NCBI GenBank assembly: GCA_040752575.1
Contig: JBFMGK010000008.1
Span: forward strand, 1 to 18,001
From: Candidatus Bipolaricaulota bacterium
Lineage (GTDB): Bacteria > Bipolaricaulota > Bipolaricaulia > UBA7950 > UBA9294
Length of the DNA stretch: 18,001 nt
Direction of reading: 5' to 3'
In this document: positions 1-8,176 of the stretch, piece after piece
How positions within the stretch are numbered: position 1 is the first letter of the stretch
Layout: each line of letters begins with the position of its first letter
Made by a program: the position numbers and the translations under genes
Notes under the pieces: generated by a model
What the model saw: only the letters and a program-made list of their open reading frames with translations
The model's database searches: none
What the model was told of the DNA's origin: nothing

Positions 1-803
1 CTCAGGAGGGAGTTCCGCTCCTCCTCCGCGCGAGCGCGGAGCGCGGCGAGGCGAGCGACGCGTGCGAGACCGACACGCTCTACGGCCAGGGCGACCTGGC
101 GCGCGAACGCACGAAGGAACGCACGCTCTCCATCGCTCGTCGGCCCGTGGATGGAGAACGTCACACGCTCAGGGGCCGATGCGTCGAGTTCCAGCCGGAC
201 GAGCTTCGCGACGGCGCCTCCTCCACGAGCCGTGCGACGCGTCTCTCCGCTGGCGTCCGGGACGCCGGCCGCCTCGCAAGGGGGGGAACCGCTTTCCCGC
301 TCCAGACTCACGCTGCTCGGGCCGCCGAAGACCTGCGCTGCGTGGCGTGCCGCGCACGCGACGACGTCCCTTTCGTCGTCAAGTCCCGCGAGATCCCGCG
401 TGAGGGCGTAGAGGGCAGCCGCCTGCCGCTCGCGGCGACGCGCACGCTCCTCCTGATTGCGGAGCCGCGACATCAGTTCGCTGGTCGCGACGCCGACCCC
501 GAACATCATGACGAAAGTCAGCACGTGTCTTGTCTGTTCGATGCTGAACGTTAGGAACGGCAGGACAAAGAAGAAGTCAAACGATGCAACGGAGAGAGCG
601 GCTGCAAGAAGAGACGGTCCCCGACCCAAAGAGAACGCGAGAAGGATGATCGTCAGCAGATAGAGAATGACGATGTCGGACTCGGCAAGCCACGCCCGCG
701 CGAGAGCCGCCGCTGCAGTCGTGCCCGCAACGGTCAGCGCCGCGACGGCGTAGGCTGCCCATCCGTGAAGAGACCGAGACTCCGCGTCGAATCGCCCACC
801 CAT
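1..803 (-). CDS. KdpD-like membrane sensor histidine kinase (DUF4118 TM domain + GAF-like region); partial, runs off the left edge
   Basis: Manual translation from ATG 803 (absent from the ORF track because it has no stop in the window): MGGRFDAESRSLHGWAAYAVAAL...SDIVILYLLTIILLAFSLGRGPSLLAAALSVASFDFFFVLPFLTFSI...QAAALYALTRDLA...FLRAFARQVALAVER...REEERNSLL. This matches the KdpD TM bundle and the segment just before the HisKA His box. Confidence 0.85.
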   Translation of the reverse strand, partial: MGGRFDAESRSLHGWAAYAVAALTVAGTTAAAALARAWLAESDIVILYLLTIILLAFSLGRGPSLLAAALSVASFDFFFVLPFLTFSIEQTRHVLTFVMMFGVGVATSELMSRLRNQEERARRRERQAAALYALTRDLAGLDDERDVVACAARHAAQVFGGPSSVSLERESGSPPCEAAGVPDASGETRRTARGGGAVAKLVRLELDASAPERVTFSIHGPTSDGERAFLRAFARQVALAVERVGLARVARLAALRARAEEERNSLL

Positions 804-890
804 CGCCCCCCGTGACTTCGCCGACTCCCTGTTCCGCACGCATCCTCGCGTGCGTCGCCTCACGACCTTGATACCCCAAGCGTCGACTGC

Positions 891-919
891 ATTGTGAGGA
901 CCAGCCGCCGAGCTGTCAA
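891..919 (-). promoter_or_regulatory. sigma70-type promoter for the KdpD-like gene
   Basis: Minus strand TTGACA (919-914), 17 bp, CACAAT (896-891). Confidence 0.6.
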
Positions 920-1107
920 TTCGTGCGACAGGATCTGTGGCGCGACGGTGTCCGCGCTCTCCCCCACGGGAGCCCCATCGCCCCGGACTCGGACAACCGT
1001 CCCTTCTGGAACGCGGACGCGATACCGCACCGACAGCCGTTCCATCGGCGCCGGTTTGTGTGACGAACGCACGCCCGCGCCCGGCGGCCCAGCCGTACGC
1101 TCGGCGC

Positions 1108-1806
1108 ATGAAAAGACCCTGGCTTGTGATCGTCCTCTTTGCGGCGCTGGTCGTCGTGATCGTCCTGGGAATCCGGGCGATCTGGAAAAGGCCGGATGGA
1201 GGGTCGGTCGCGCTCCTCCCGCCGGCGGTCGTTGTCGTCGTGGACCCCGCGCACGGGGGGCGGGATCCTGGAACCGTAGCGGACGGGGTGAACGAGAAGG
1301 ACGTCACCCTCGCGATCGCCCAGAAGATCGAGGCGTTCGCTCCAGAGTTCGCCACGTTGCGCATTGTGCTCACACGCTCGTCGGATGCCGACCTCTCGGC
1401 GGACGACCGGCTGGTGGTTGCGACGCGTGAGAACGCCGCGCTCTATCTGTCGATCCAGTGCAATGCCTTCACGCAGCCGACGGCCACCGGCGCGGAGACG
1501 CTCGTCGACAGCGTCCACACGCAGGGCGATGCGGCGTGGGCGTTTGCCGATGCCGTCCAGAAGGGCCTCGTGGCCCAGAGTGCCGCCCGCGACCGCGCGG
1601 TTCGCGCCCAGGGCTCGTCGTTCCAGCGGCTTCTGATCCCCGCAGCAACGGTGTACGTCGGTTTCCTGACGACGCCCGAGGAGCGTACGAAGCTCGTCGA
1701 CCCGACGTACCAGGACGCGCTGGCGCGCGGCATCCTGCAGGGAATCGCGAATCACGTCGCGGCGGCGAATCTCGCGCCAACGCCATCGACGACGGAACTG
1801 CCCTAG
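1108..1806 (+). CDS. N-acetylmuramoyl-L-alanine amidase (Amidase_3) homolog with N-terminal membrane anchor; active site degenerate
   Basis: MKRPWLVIVLFAALVVVIVLG anchor; motifs VVVDPAHGGRDPG, EKDVTLAIA, VLTR, LSIQCNA, VYVGFLTTPEE. Start placed at ATG 1108, 6 nt after TACGCT. Confidence 0.88.
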   Translation: MKRPWLVIVLFAALVVVIVLGIRAIWKRPDGGSVALLPPAVVVVVDPAHGGRDPGTVADGVNEKDVTLAIAQKIEAFAPEFATLRIVLTRSSDADLSADDRLVVATRENAALYLSIQCNAFTQPTATGAETLVDSVHTQGDAAWAFADAVQKGLVAQSAARDRAVRAQGSSFQRLLIPAATVYVGFLTTPEERTKLVDPTYQDALARGILQGIANHVAAANLAPTPSTTELP

Positions 1807-2312
1807 GCGAAAGGCTCGAAGCGGTCTTGCGTCGCTCGGCAGATGGGGCAGACGCCGGGGGGACGCTCACGCGCACAGAGGTAGCCGCAGACGCGACAGC
1901 GCCACACGGGGAAGCAGCCGCCCTGCAGGCGCACCGAACCGTCTTCGCGGGGAGACGCACGACGTTCGCCACGGCGCGGCCGTCGCTCGGGAATCGAGCC
2001 CACGGGCCGACGTCCGGACAGCACGTCGTCCGCGACGTACAGACCGCAATAGCACGCTCCCCACTCCAGAAGATCTGCGTCGCGGTAGTCGCACGGGCAG
2101 ACGATATCTCGATCGTCGTCGACATCGCCCGACGCCAGTCGGCATGGGCACGCGGCATATCCGTAGCGCGCTTCGTTCGCCAGCAGTCCCTCGGCCAGTG
2201 CCGTGGTGAACTCCACGTCCGGGTTCAGGTGGTAGCCTCCGCGCTCGGCGTCGCGCGACAGCTGCTCGCGGAGTGCGCCGGGGTCGCGTCGGGGTGATGG
2301 GCGAGGCGTCAT
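1803..2312 (-). CDS. Ferredoxin-thioredoxin reductase catalytic-subunit family protein with C-terminal rubredoxin-like domain
   Basis: YGYAACPCR, DIVCPCDYR, GACYCGLYV (FTR CPC/CPC/CxC motifs) and WRCRVCGY...CPIC. ATG 2312 overlaps the glutaredoxin stop (ATGA). Confidence 0.92.
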   Translation of the reverse strand: MTPRPSPRRDPGALREQLSRDAERGGYHLNPDVEFTTALAEGLLANEARYGYAACPCRLASGDVDDDRDIVCPCDYRDADLLEWGACYCGLYVADDVLSGRRPVGSIPERRPRRGERRASPREDGSVRLQGGCFPVWRCRVCGYLCARERPPGVCPICRATQDRFEPFA

Positions 2313-2599
2313 GTCGTGAGGGCGCGCCGGATGTCCTCGGGCTGGAATCCGACGATGCACGTCGCGCCATCGATCACCAGGGTCGGGAACCGCTCGTCGC
2401 GCCCGAGACGCTGGAGTTCGGCGACGGCGTCGCGCCGTGCGTCGTCGTTCAAGAGGTCCACGTAGACAAAGTCGAACGGCACGCCGAGTTCCTCGAGGAG
2501 CTGGCGCGTCTTTCGACACCAGACGCACGTGGAGAGTCCGTAGAACATCGTCCGATGCTTGCCGGGCTCGCGGCCCGCCACGCTTCCCCTTGCGTCCAC
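2309..2599 (-). CDS. Glutaredoxin/NrdH-like protein
   Basis: YGLSTCVWCRKT active site, FPTLVI cis-Pro motif, IVGF; AAGGAGG RBS before GTG. Confidence 0.92.
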   Translation of the reverse strand: MDARGSVAGREPGKHRTMFYGLSTCVWCRKTRQLLEELGVPFDFVYVDLLNDDARRDAVAELQRLGRDERFPTLVIDGATCIVGFQPEDIRRALTT

Positions 2600-2784
2600 G
2601 CTTCCTCCTTGTGCTTTCGGCCTGTGCCGCGCCCCGCCAGTCTAGGGGCGAACCTCGAGGGCGGCAACCCGCCGTGCCCGCCCCCATCCACGAGCACGCC
2701 GCACGCCGGCCATGCGCGCTTCATGCGAGCCGAGTACCGTAGAACGAGAGCCCGGGGGTCCTCCGCGGGTGGAAAGGAGAAGCC

Positions 2785-3999
2785 ATGAACAGCCCCAGTC
2801 CAAGGATCCGACTTCTGATCCTCGCAGCGCTCACCACCGCCCTCGTCGGCGGATGTCGACTTCTCGACGTCGTGGGCGCCGCAGATGAGGTGACCGACCT
2901 GTCGTATCCCGTCGTCGACACCGGGCAGGTCAAGACCTACGACGCTGCGTCGGAGATCGCCGCGCCGGACAGCGGGCAGCCCTTCTACGGACAGGACGCT
3001 CAACACGAAGGGCGGACTCCGCGTTATCGGAGCCACGGCGACGGAACGGTGACCGATCTTGTGACGGGGCTCATGTGGCAGGTCGCCGTCGGCCCCAAAC
3101 GCACGTACAGCCAGGCAGCGTCCGAAGCTTCGAGTTGCGCCCTCGCCGGGTACCCGGACTGGCGTCTGCCGACGATCAAGGAGCTGTACTCGCTGATCGA
3201 TTTCTCCGGACTCGACGTCGACCCCACGAGCACGTCAGGGGCTACGCCGTTCCTCGACACCGAGGCGTTCGACTTCCGCTACGGAGACGTCTCCGCCGGG
3301 GAGCGAATCATCGACGCCCAATGGGTTTCCAGCACGTCGTACGTGGCGGGCCAACTGGTCTTCGGCGTCAACTTCGCGGACGGGCGCATCAAGGGGTACG
3401 GAACCACGATGCCGGGTGGAGCGCAGAAGACGTTCTACGTGCGCTACGTAAGGGGCGCAGCGTACGGAGCGAACGACTTCGTGGATCGCGGCGATGGGAC
3501 GGTTCTCGATGCAGCAACGGGACTTCTGTGGTCGAAGGCCGACTCGGGACGCGGCATGGATTGGCCGTCGGCGCTGGCCTACGTTGAATCGCTCAACGCC
3601 GCAGCGTTCCTTGGCTATTCCGACTGGCGTCTACCGAATGCGAAGGAACTCCAGTCGATCGTCGACTACGGACGTTCTCCTGACACGACGGACTCTCCGG
3701 CCCTCGACCCCGTCTTCAGCGCCACGCCCATCGTGAACGAAGGCGGCAAGACCGACTGGGGGTTCTTCTGGACGAGCACGACCCACGCGTCGGTGCGCGG
3801 CGGCAGTTCGGCCGTCTACATCGCCTTCGGCCGCGGACTGGGGTACATGAGCGGTCGATGGGTCGACGTGCACGGCGCGGGCTGCCAGCGGTCGGATCCC
3901 AAGACGGGAAGCGCGTCGCAGTACCCGCTGGGGCACGGACCGCAAGGCGACGCGGTCCGCATCGAGAACTTCGTGCGCGTCGCGCGTGACGCCGACTAG
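2785..3999 (+). CDS. DUF1566 (Lcl C-terminal) domain lipoprotein with two repeats
   Basis: Lipobox LVGG-C; two GDGTVxDxxTGLxW...DWRLPxxKELxS repeats; AAAGGAG RBS. Confidence 0.88.
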   Translation: MNSPSPRIRLLILAALTTALVGGCRLLDVVGAADEVTDLSYPVVDTGQVKTYDAASEIAAPDSGQPFYGQDAQHEGRTPRYRSHGDGTVTDLVTGLMWQVAVGPKRTYSQAASEASSCALAGYPDWRLPTIKELYSLIDFSGLDVDPTSTSGATPFLDTEAFDFRYGDVSAGERIIDAQWVSSTSYVAGQLVFGVNFADGRIKGYGTTMPGGAQKTFYVRYVRGAAYGANDFVDRGDGTVLDAATGLLWSKADSGRGMDWPSALAYVESLNAAAFLGYSDWRLPNAKELQSIVDYGRSPDTTDSPALDPVFSATPIVNEGGKTDWGFFWTSTTHASVRGGSSAVYIAFGRGLGYMSGRWVDVHGAGCQRSDPKTGSASQYPLGHGPQGDAVRIENFVRVARDAD

Positions 4000-4119
4000 C
4001 CGTCGAGAGCATGCGTCGCGATCAGGGCGGGCGGCCCACGTGGGGAATCCTCGCGGGATCGGGACGAAACCCCAAGGCCTGATCGTCGCGCACCGAGAGG
4101 CGAAACAGGGAGGGAGCTC

Positions 4120-4800
4120 ATGCTTCAGGTGAACGAGCCGGCCCGCAGTTTCACGGTCCGCCCGATCGCCGCGGGGGATCGAGAGGCCGTGCGGCGCCTC
4201 GCCGCGGAAGACCTCTACGAGAGGCCCGGCCTCCTGAAGCGGTTCCCGCGCTGGGGCGAGTACCGCGCCGACGGGCTCGCGCACTTCTACGACGCCGAGC
4301 CGGAGTCCTGCTTTGTCGCCGTCTCCCAAGGCGAAGTCGTCGGGAATCTCCTCGGGACGACGGACGCAGCGAGGAGCGAGCAGCGACGCCTCTCCTACAC
4401 TCGGCCCCTCCAGCGAAGGCGCCTGCTGCACGGCGCCTATGGAGTGCCCGTCTTTCTCGTTCCCATCGTGAGGACGGAACGTCGGCCGCCGCTGGATCCG
4501 CCGCCGCCCGTGGATCGCGAGCTCTACCCCGCGGAGTTCCACCTCGGCGTCGCGGAGACCTGGCAACGCAGAGGCGTCGGACGTGCGCTGGTCGCTCGAT
4601 TCGAGGGCTACTTGAGGGATCGCGGAGTTCCCGGCTACCGCATCTACGCGGCGTCGTACCACCCCAAGGGCGTTGCGTTCTATCGGCGGCTCGGGCTTGA
4701 CGAACTCGGAACGTTCCGCTGGAAGCTGCACGACGGCAGCGCGTGGCGCGAGGTGACGGAGCACGTGTTCGTACGCCGCCTCAAGCGCGGAAGCCCCTAG
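4120..4800 (+). CDS. GNAT family N-acetyltransferase
   Basis: Motif A HLGVAETWQRRGVGRALV and AFYRRLGL; GGAGGGAG RBS. Confidence 0.85.
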   Translation: MLQVNEPARSFTVRPIAAGDREAVRRLAAEDLYERPGLLKRFPRWGEYRADGLAHFYDAEPESCFVAVSQGEVVGNLLGTTDAARSEQRRLSYTRPLQRRRLLHGAYGVPVFLVPIVRTERRPPLDPPPPVDRELYPAEFHLGVAETWQRRGVGRALVARFEGYLRDRGVPGYRIYAASYHPKGVAFYRRLGLDELGTFRWKLHDGSAWREVTEHVFVRRLKRGSP

Positions 4801-4881
4801 GAAGAGCTGGCTCGCCGAGCGCGACCCGCCCGGACTTGTCCGCCCGCACCGGATTGTGCTAGGAACGAGCGGAGGTGGGGA

Positions 4882-5655
4882 ATGAAAACGCTTTCGCTCG
4901 TCTTGGCGACGTGCGGGCTCGTCGCGGCCGGCGCGCTCGCGAACGAGGTGTCGGTCGACTATCTGGGACACTCTTGTTTCGCGCTGAACGAAGAGGCCGG
5001 CCCGGTCATCGTGATCGATCCCTACGCCGACTACCTTCCCTACCCCGCGCTTCCGCGCGCGGCCGACGTCGTCTTGATCACCCACGGGCACATCGACCAC
5101 TGCCCCTACTGCTTTGGGCAACAGGAACGCGTCTCGGGAGATCCGACGATTGTCTGGCCGTTCGACGCCCAGGGACAGGTCAGGGAGGGGACGTGGAAGA
5201 TCGCCGACGGCCTCTCGGTGCGGTTCATCGAAGCGAGCCATGTCACGGCAAGCGGCGGCGGCGAGGGCCTGGTCACTCTGTTCAGCTTCGCGCTGGGCGG
5301 CATCCAGTTCGCTCACCTTGGCGATCTCGGCCGGCTCCTCACTCCCGAACAGGTCGCCGCTCTCGGCGCGGTCCAGGTGCTGTTCGTGCCCGTTGGCGGC
5401 GCGTACACGATCGGCGCCGCGGAGGCCGTCGCCGTGGTCAAGCAGCTTCCGACGGTTCGGATCGTGATTCCTATGCACTTCTTCGTCGACGAGTATTGCC
5501 CCTGGCCCGACATGGCGCCGGCGGACGGCTTCCTTTCCCTTGCCGAGGAAGAGGGGTGGAGCGTACGGCGTCCCGCGTCGTCCCGGGTCGGCCTTGAGCC
5601 GGAGACGCTTCCCGAGGCCGTCGAGGTCTGGCTTCTTCCCTTCGCGATCGAGTAG
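4882..5655 (+). CDS. Secreted MBL-fold metallo-hydrolase
   Basis: Signal peptide (MKTLSLVLATCGLVAAGALA), YLGHSCF, IDPY, THGHIDH (HxHxDH), HLGDLG, IPMHF; GGAGGT RBS. Confidence 0.9.
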   Translation: MKTLSLVLATCGLVAAGALANEVSVDYLGHSCFALNEEAGPVIVIDPYADYLPYPALPRAADVVLITHGHIDHCPYCFGQQERVSGDPTIVWPFDAQGQVREGTWKIADGLSVRFIEASHVTASGGGEGLVTLFSFALGGIQFAHLGDLGRLLTPEQVAALGAVQVLFVPVGGAYTIGAAEAVAVVKQLPTVRIVIPMHFFVDEYCPWPDMAPADGFLSLAEEEGWSVRRPASSRVGLEPETLPEAVEVWLLPFAIE

Positions 5656-5716
5656 CGAGACGCTGTGGATACGAACGAGGCGTACTGTCCGTCTCTGGTA
5701 TACGCGAGGGGGACCT

Positions 5717-6145
5717 GTGGACGAGTTCGTGGTGAGCAAGGCCGGCGAGAGCGAAGCTACCGAGGTCGGCAACGGCCTGCGGGAGTACAACCACGCCGCG
5801 ATCGGAGAGATTGCGTATTCGCCCGTGTGGCTGGCGGCGAAAGACGCTGCCGGGGCGGTTCTCGGCGGGTTCATCGGCACGGTGTACCTGGGTTGGCTGG
5901 CGATCGACGTCCTCTGGGTCGCCGAGTCGCATCGCGGCCGCGGAGTCGGCGCTGCCTTGCTGCGCGAGGCGGAGAAAGAGGCCGTGGAGCTTGGGGCCCG
6001 CGCAGCGTATCTCGACACGTTCCGTTGGCAGGCGAGGGAGTTCTACGCGAAGCACGGCTACTCCGAGTTCGGCCGACTCGAGGACTTCCCCACGGGCCAC
6101 TGGCGCGCGTTCATGAGGAAGGATCTGACCGCCCCAGACGCATAG
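5717..6145 (+). CDS. GNAT family N-acetyltransferase
   Basis: GTG start after GAGGGGG; LWVAESHRGRGVGAALL and YLDTFRWQAREFYAKHGY. Confidence 0.9.
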   Translation: MDEFVVSKAGESEATEVGNGLREYNHAAIGEIAYSPVWLAAKDAAGAVLGGFIGTVYLGWLAIDVLWVAESHRGRGVGAALLREAEKEAVELGARAAYLDTFRWQAREFYAKHGYSEFGRLEDFPTGHWRAFMRKDLTAPDA

Positions 6146-6232
6146 CTCGACGCCCAGCAGGCCCTCATGAAGTCCCTTCGCGGGCAGCCTCATCCAGGCC
6201 CGCTTGTGCAGAGAACGGCGCTCTGCTCGGCC

Positions 6233-7282
6233 CTACCCCGCCTTCCGATGCGGGTGCCGGTGGTGTGCGTCCGGCGCGTGCGGGTGCGAGTGCAGGAGCC
6301 GCGGGTGGGCATGGGCGTGAGCGTGTCGAGTTGCGGCCGCTACGCCATCCGGATGGTCATGCGCGTGGTGGCCGTCGTCGTGTCGGTGCGCGTGCGCGTG
6401 AACGGTGTCGAGATGCACGTGCCGGTGTTCGTGCCGTTCGCCGGCGAGAACGAAGGCGGCAGCGGCCATGAGCCCGAGAGAGACGAAGAACGCCCATCCC
6501 GGCAGCTCCCGGAACACGAGGAGCGAAAGCGCCGCGCCGACAAACGGCGCGAGGCCGAACAGCACGCCCGTGCGCGCCGCCCCCACGCGACGCAGCGACT
6601 GAACGAACAGCGAGATGCTCGCCCCGTAGCTCGCCGCGCCGAGGAGGAGCGCCAGCAGCACCTGGCTCCACGCCGGCCACAGCCGTCCCAGGCCCGCCGC
6701 CAGCGCGAGCGAAAACGATCCTGCGGCAAGGCCCTTGACGGCGACGATGCGACTCGGGTCCTTGAGCGAGATTCGCCCCGTCAGATTGTTGTCGAGGCCC
6801 CAGGCGAAACAGGCGCCGACCACGGCCAAAGCGCCAAGAGAGCCCGTCCATCCGGACGACGGATCGAGCGACAGCAGGGCGCCGCCCGCCGCAACCGCCG
6901 CAATCGCACCCCACGTCCGGAGGCCGACGCGCTCGCGGAACAGCGCCAGCGCGAAGAGCCCCGTGGCGACGACCTCGAGGTTCAGCAAGAGCGAGGCGGT
7001 CGCCGCCGACGTGCGCTCGAGCCCGACGAGGAGTAGGATCGGCCCCGCGACACCCCCGGCGAGCACCGCGCCGGCCAGCCACGGGAGGTCCCGCCGTTCG
7101 AGGCGGGCCTCCAACTCCCTCGCCCCCAAAGCCCTCCGAACCAGGACCAGGAGACCGAGCGAGATCCCCGCTCCCGCGTAGAGAAGCCCGGCCAAGAGAA
7201 TGGGATCGACGTCGCGCAACAGGAGCTTCGAGAGCGGCACGCCAACTCCGAACAGCACCGCCGCCAGAACCCCGTACAGCAT
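6233..7282 (-). CDS. DMT/EamA family transporter with His-rich C-terminal tail
   Basis: About 10 hydrophobic segments in two EamA repeats (GLERTSAATASLLLNLE, WGLDNNLT); tail HEHRHVH...HAHRHDDGHHAHDH...HAPDAHHRHPH. Confidence 0.92.
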   Translation of the reverse strand: MLYGVLAAVLFGVGVPLSKLLLRDVDPILLAGLLYAGAGISLGLLVLVRRALGARELEARLERRDLPWLAGAVLAGGVAGPILLLVGLERTSAATASLLLNLEVVATGLFALALFRERVGLRTWGAIAAVAAGGALLSLDPSSGWTGSLGALAVVGACFAWGLDNNLTGRISLKDPSRIVAVKGLAAGSFSLALAAGLGRLWPAWSQVLLALLLGAASYGASISLFVQSLRRVGAARTGVLFGLAPFVGAALSLLVFRELPGWAFFVSLGLMAAAAFVLAGERHEHRHVHLDTVHAHAHRHDDGHHAHDHPDGVAAATRHAHAHAHPRLLHSHPHAPDAHHRHPHRKAG

Positions 7283-7304
7283 CGTCCCCCCCTACTCCAG
7301 CCTC

Positions 7305-7376
7305 TATTCCGGGGACATAATACTCAATTCCATTCCGTATTCCGGGGACATAGTACTCAATGCGACCCCCGGGGAC
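7305..7376 (+). repeat. Left tandem repeats flanking the RAYT gene
   Basis: TATTCCGGGGACATA(A/G)TACTCAAT at 7305-7328 and 7338-7361 (33-bp period), plus a degenerate CCGGGGAC at 7369-7376. Confidence 0.9.
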
Positions 7377-7464
7377 GCAGTCGTCCAAGGCACTCCGCAG
7401 GCTCGACAGACATCCTGAACGTGGTCCTGTTCCTTTCTAGCTGCCTCTAAGATATGCTCTCCCT

Positions 7465-8121
7465 ATGGCACGCATGGCTCGCGTTGTTGTGCCCGGCCTG
7501 CCGCACCACATCGTTCGGCGAGGCGTGCGCGGCATGGACGTCTTCTTCTCCGACGACGACCGGGCGGAGTACGTTAGGCAGTTGGCGGATCAGGGGCACC
7601 GGTTCGGCGTTGAGTACATCGCATGGTGCCTGATGACGAATCACGTGCATCTCGTCGCGATTCCGCGGGAGCTCACAAGCCTCGCCCTCGGGGTTGGCGA
7701 GGCGCACCGCAGGTACACGCGCTTCGTCAACTTCCGAGAAGGCTGGCGCGGCTATCTGTTCCAGGGGCGGTTCCACTCCTATCCCCTCGACGGCACACGC
7801 CTGCTCTGCGCCGTGCGCTATGTCCTACGGAACCCCGTCCGCGCGGGACTTGTCGCAAACGCGTGGGACTACCGCTGGTCCAGTGCCGGCTGGTTTGTCG
7901 GCGAGCGAGCGGGAGATCCGCTGGCCGTGCACTGCGAGATGCTTGGGGACATCGTAGACCGGCGCGCCTTCCTGCTCGAGGAGGAGGACTCGCTTGCGGA
8001 GCTACGGAAGCACGCGCGCACAGGACGCCCGCTTGGAAGTGAGTCGTTCATCAGGGAGCTTGAGCAACGGACGGGACGTGTCCTGAGTCCCAGAAAGCGA
8101 GGGCGCAAGCCTCAGCATTAG
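7465..8121 (+). CDS. REP-associated tyrosine transposase (RAYT/TnpA-REP, Y1 HUH family)
   Basis: MARMARVVVPGLPHHIVRRG start, WCLMTNHVHL (HUH), GYLFQGRFHS, RYVLRNPVRAGL (catalytic Tyr plus NPxRAG), YRWSSA. Confidence 0.92.
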   Translation: MARMARVVVPGLPHHIVRRGVRGMDVFFSDDDRAEYVRQLADQGHRFGVEYIAWCLMTNHVHLVAIPRELTSLALGVGEAHRRYTRFVNFREGWRGYLFQGRFHSYPLDGTRLLCAVRYVLRNPVRAGLVANAWDYRWSSAGWFVGERAGDPLAVHCEMLGDIVDRRAFLLEEEDSLAELRKHARTGRPLGSESFIRELEQRTGRVLSPRKRGRKPQH

Positions 8122-8172
8122 GTACTATGTCCCCGGAATCGGGCTTCGCATTAAGTACTATGTCCCCGGAAT
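8115..8172 (-). repeat. Right tandem repeats flanking the RAYT gene, inverted relative to the left pair
   Basis: GCATTA(G/A)GTACTATGTCCCCGGAAT at 8115-8139 and 8148-8172 (33-bp period). The reverse complement of the second copy matches 7339-7363 at 24/25. Confidence 0.9.
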
Positions 8173-8176
8173 TCGA

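Larger units (their letters stand above)
7305..8172. mobile_element. RAYT unit with inverted flanking repeat pairs
   Basis: Y1 transposase bracketed by two inverted repeat pairs, filling the space between two same-strand genes. No target duplication is seen, as expected for HUH enzymes. Confidence 0.7.

Noticed and set aside
858..893. Minus-strand peptide AVDAWGIKVVR resembling an SPFH/band-7 motif
   Set aside because: It is an isolated short match inside a promoter/5' UTR region with no flanking homology.
3631..6018. 795-aa minus-strand ORF and other long overlapping ORFs (e.g. 6167-7036, 8339-9733, 916-1755)
   Set aside because: They are antisense shadows of well-supported genes in high-GC DNA, with no motifs of their own.
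7305..7376. Short direct repeats as a mini-CRISPR array
   Set aside because: Spacers are only ~9 nt, there are 2-3 units, they are mirrored on the other side of a RAYT gene, and no cas genes are present.
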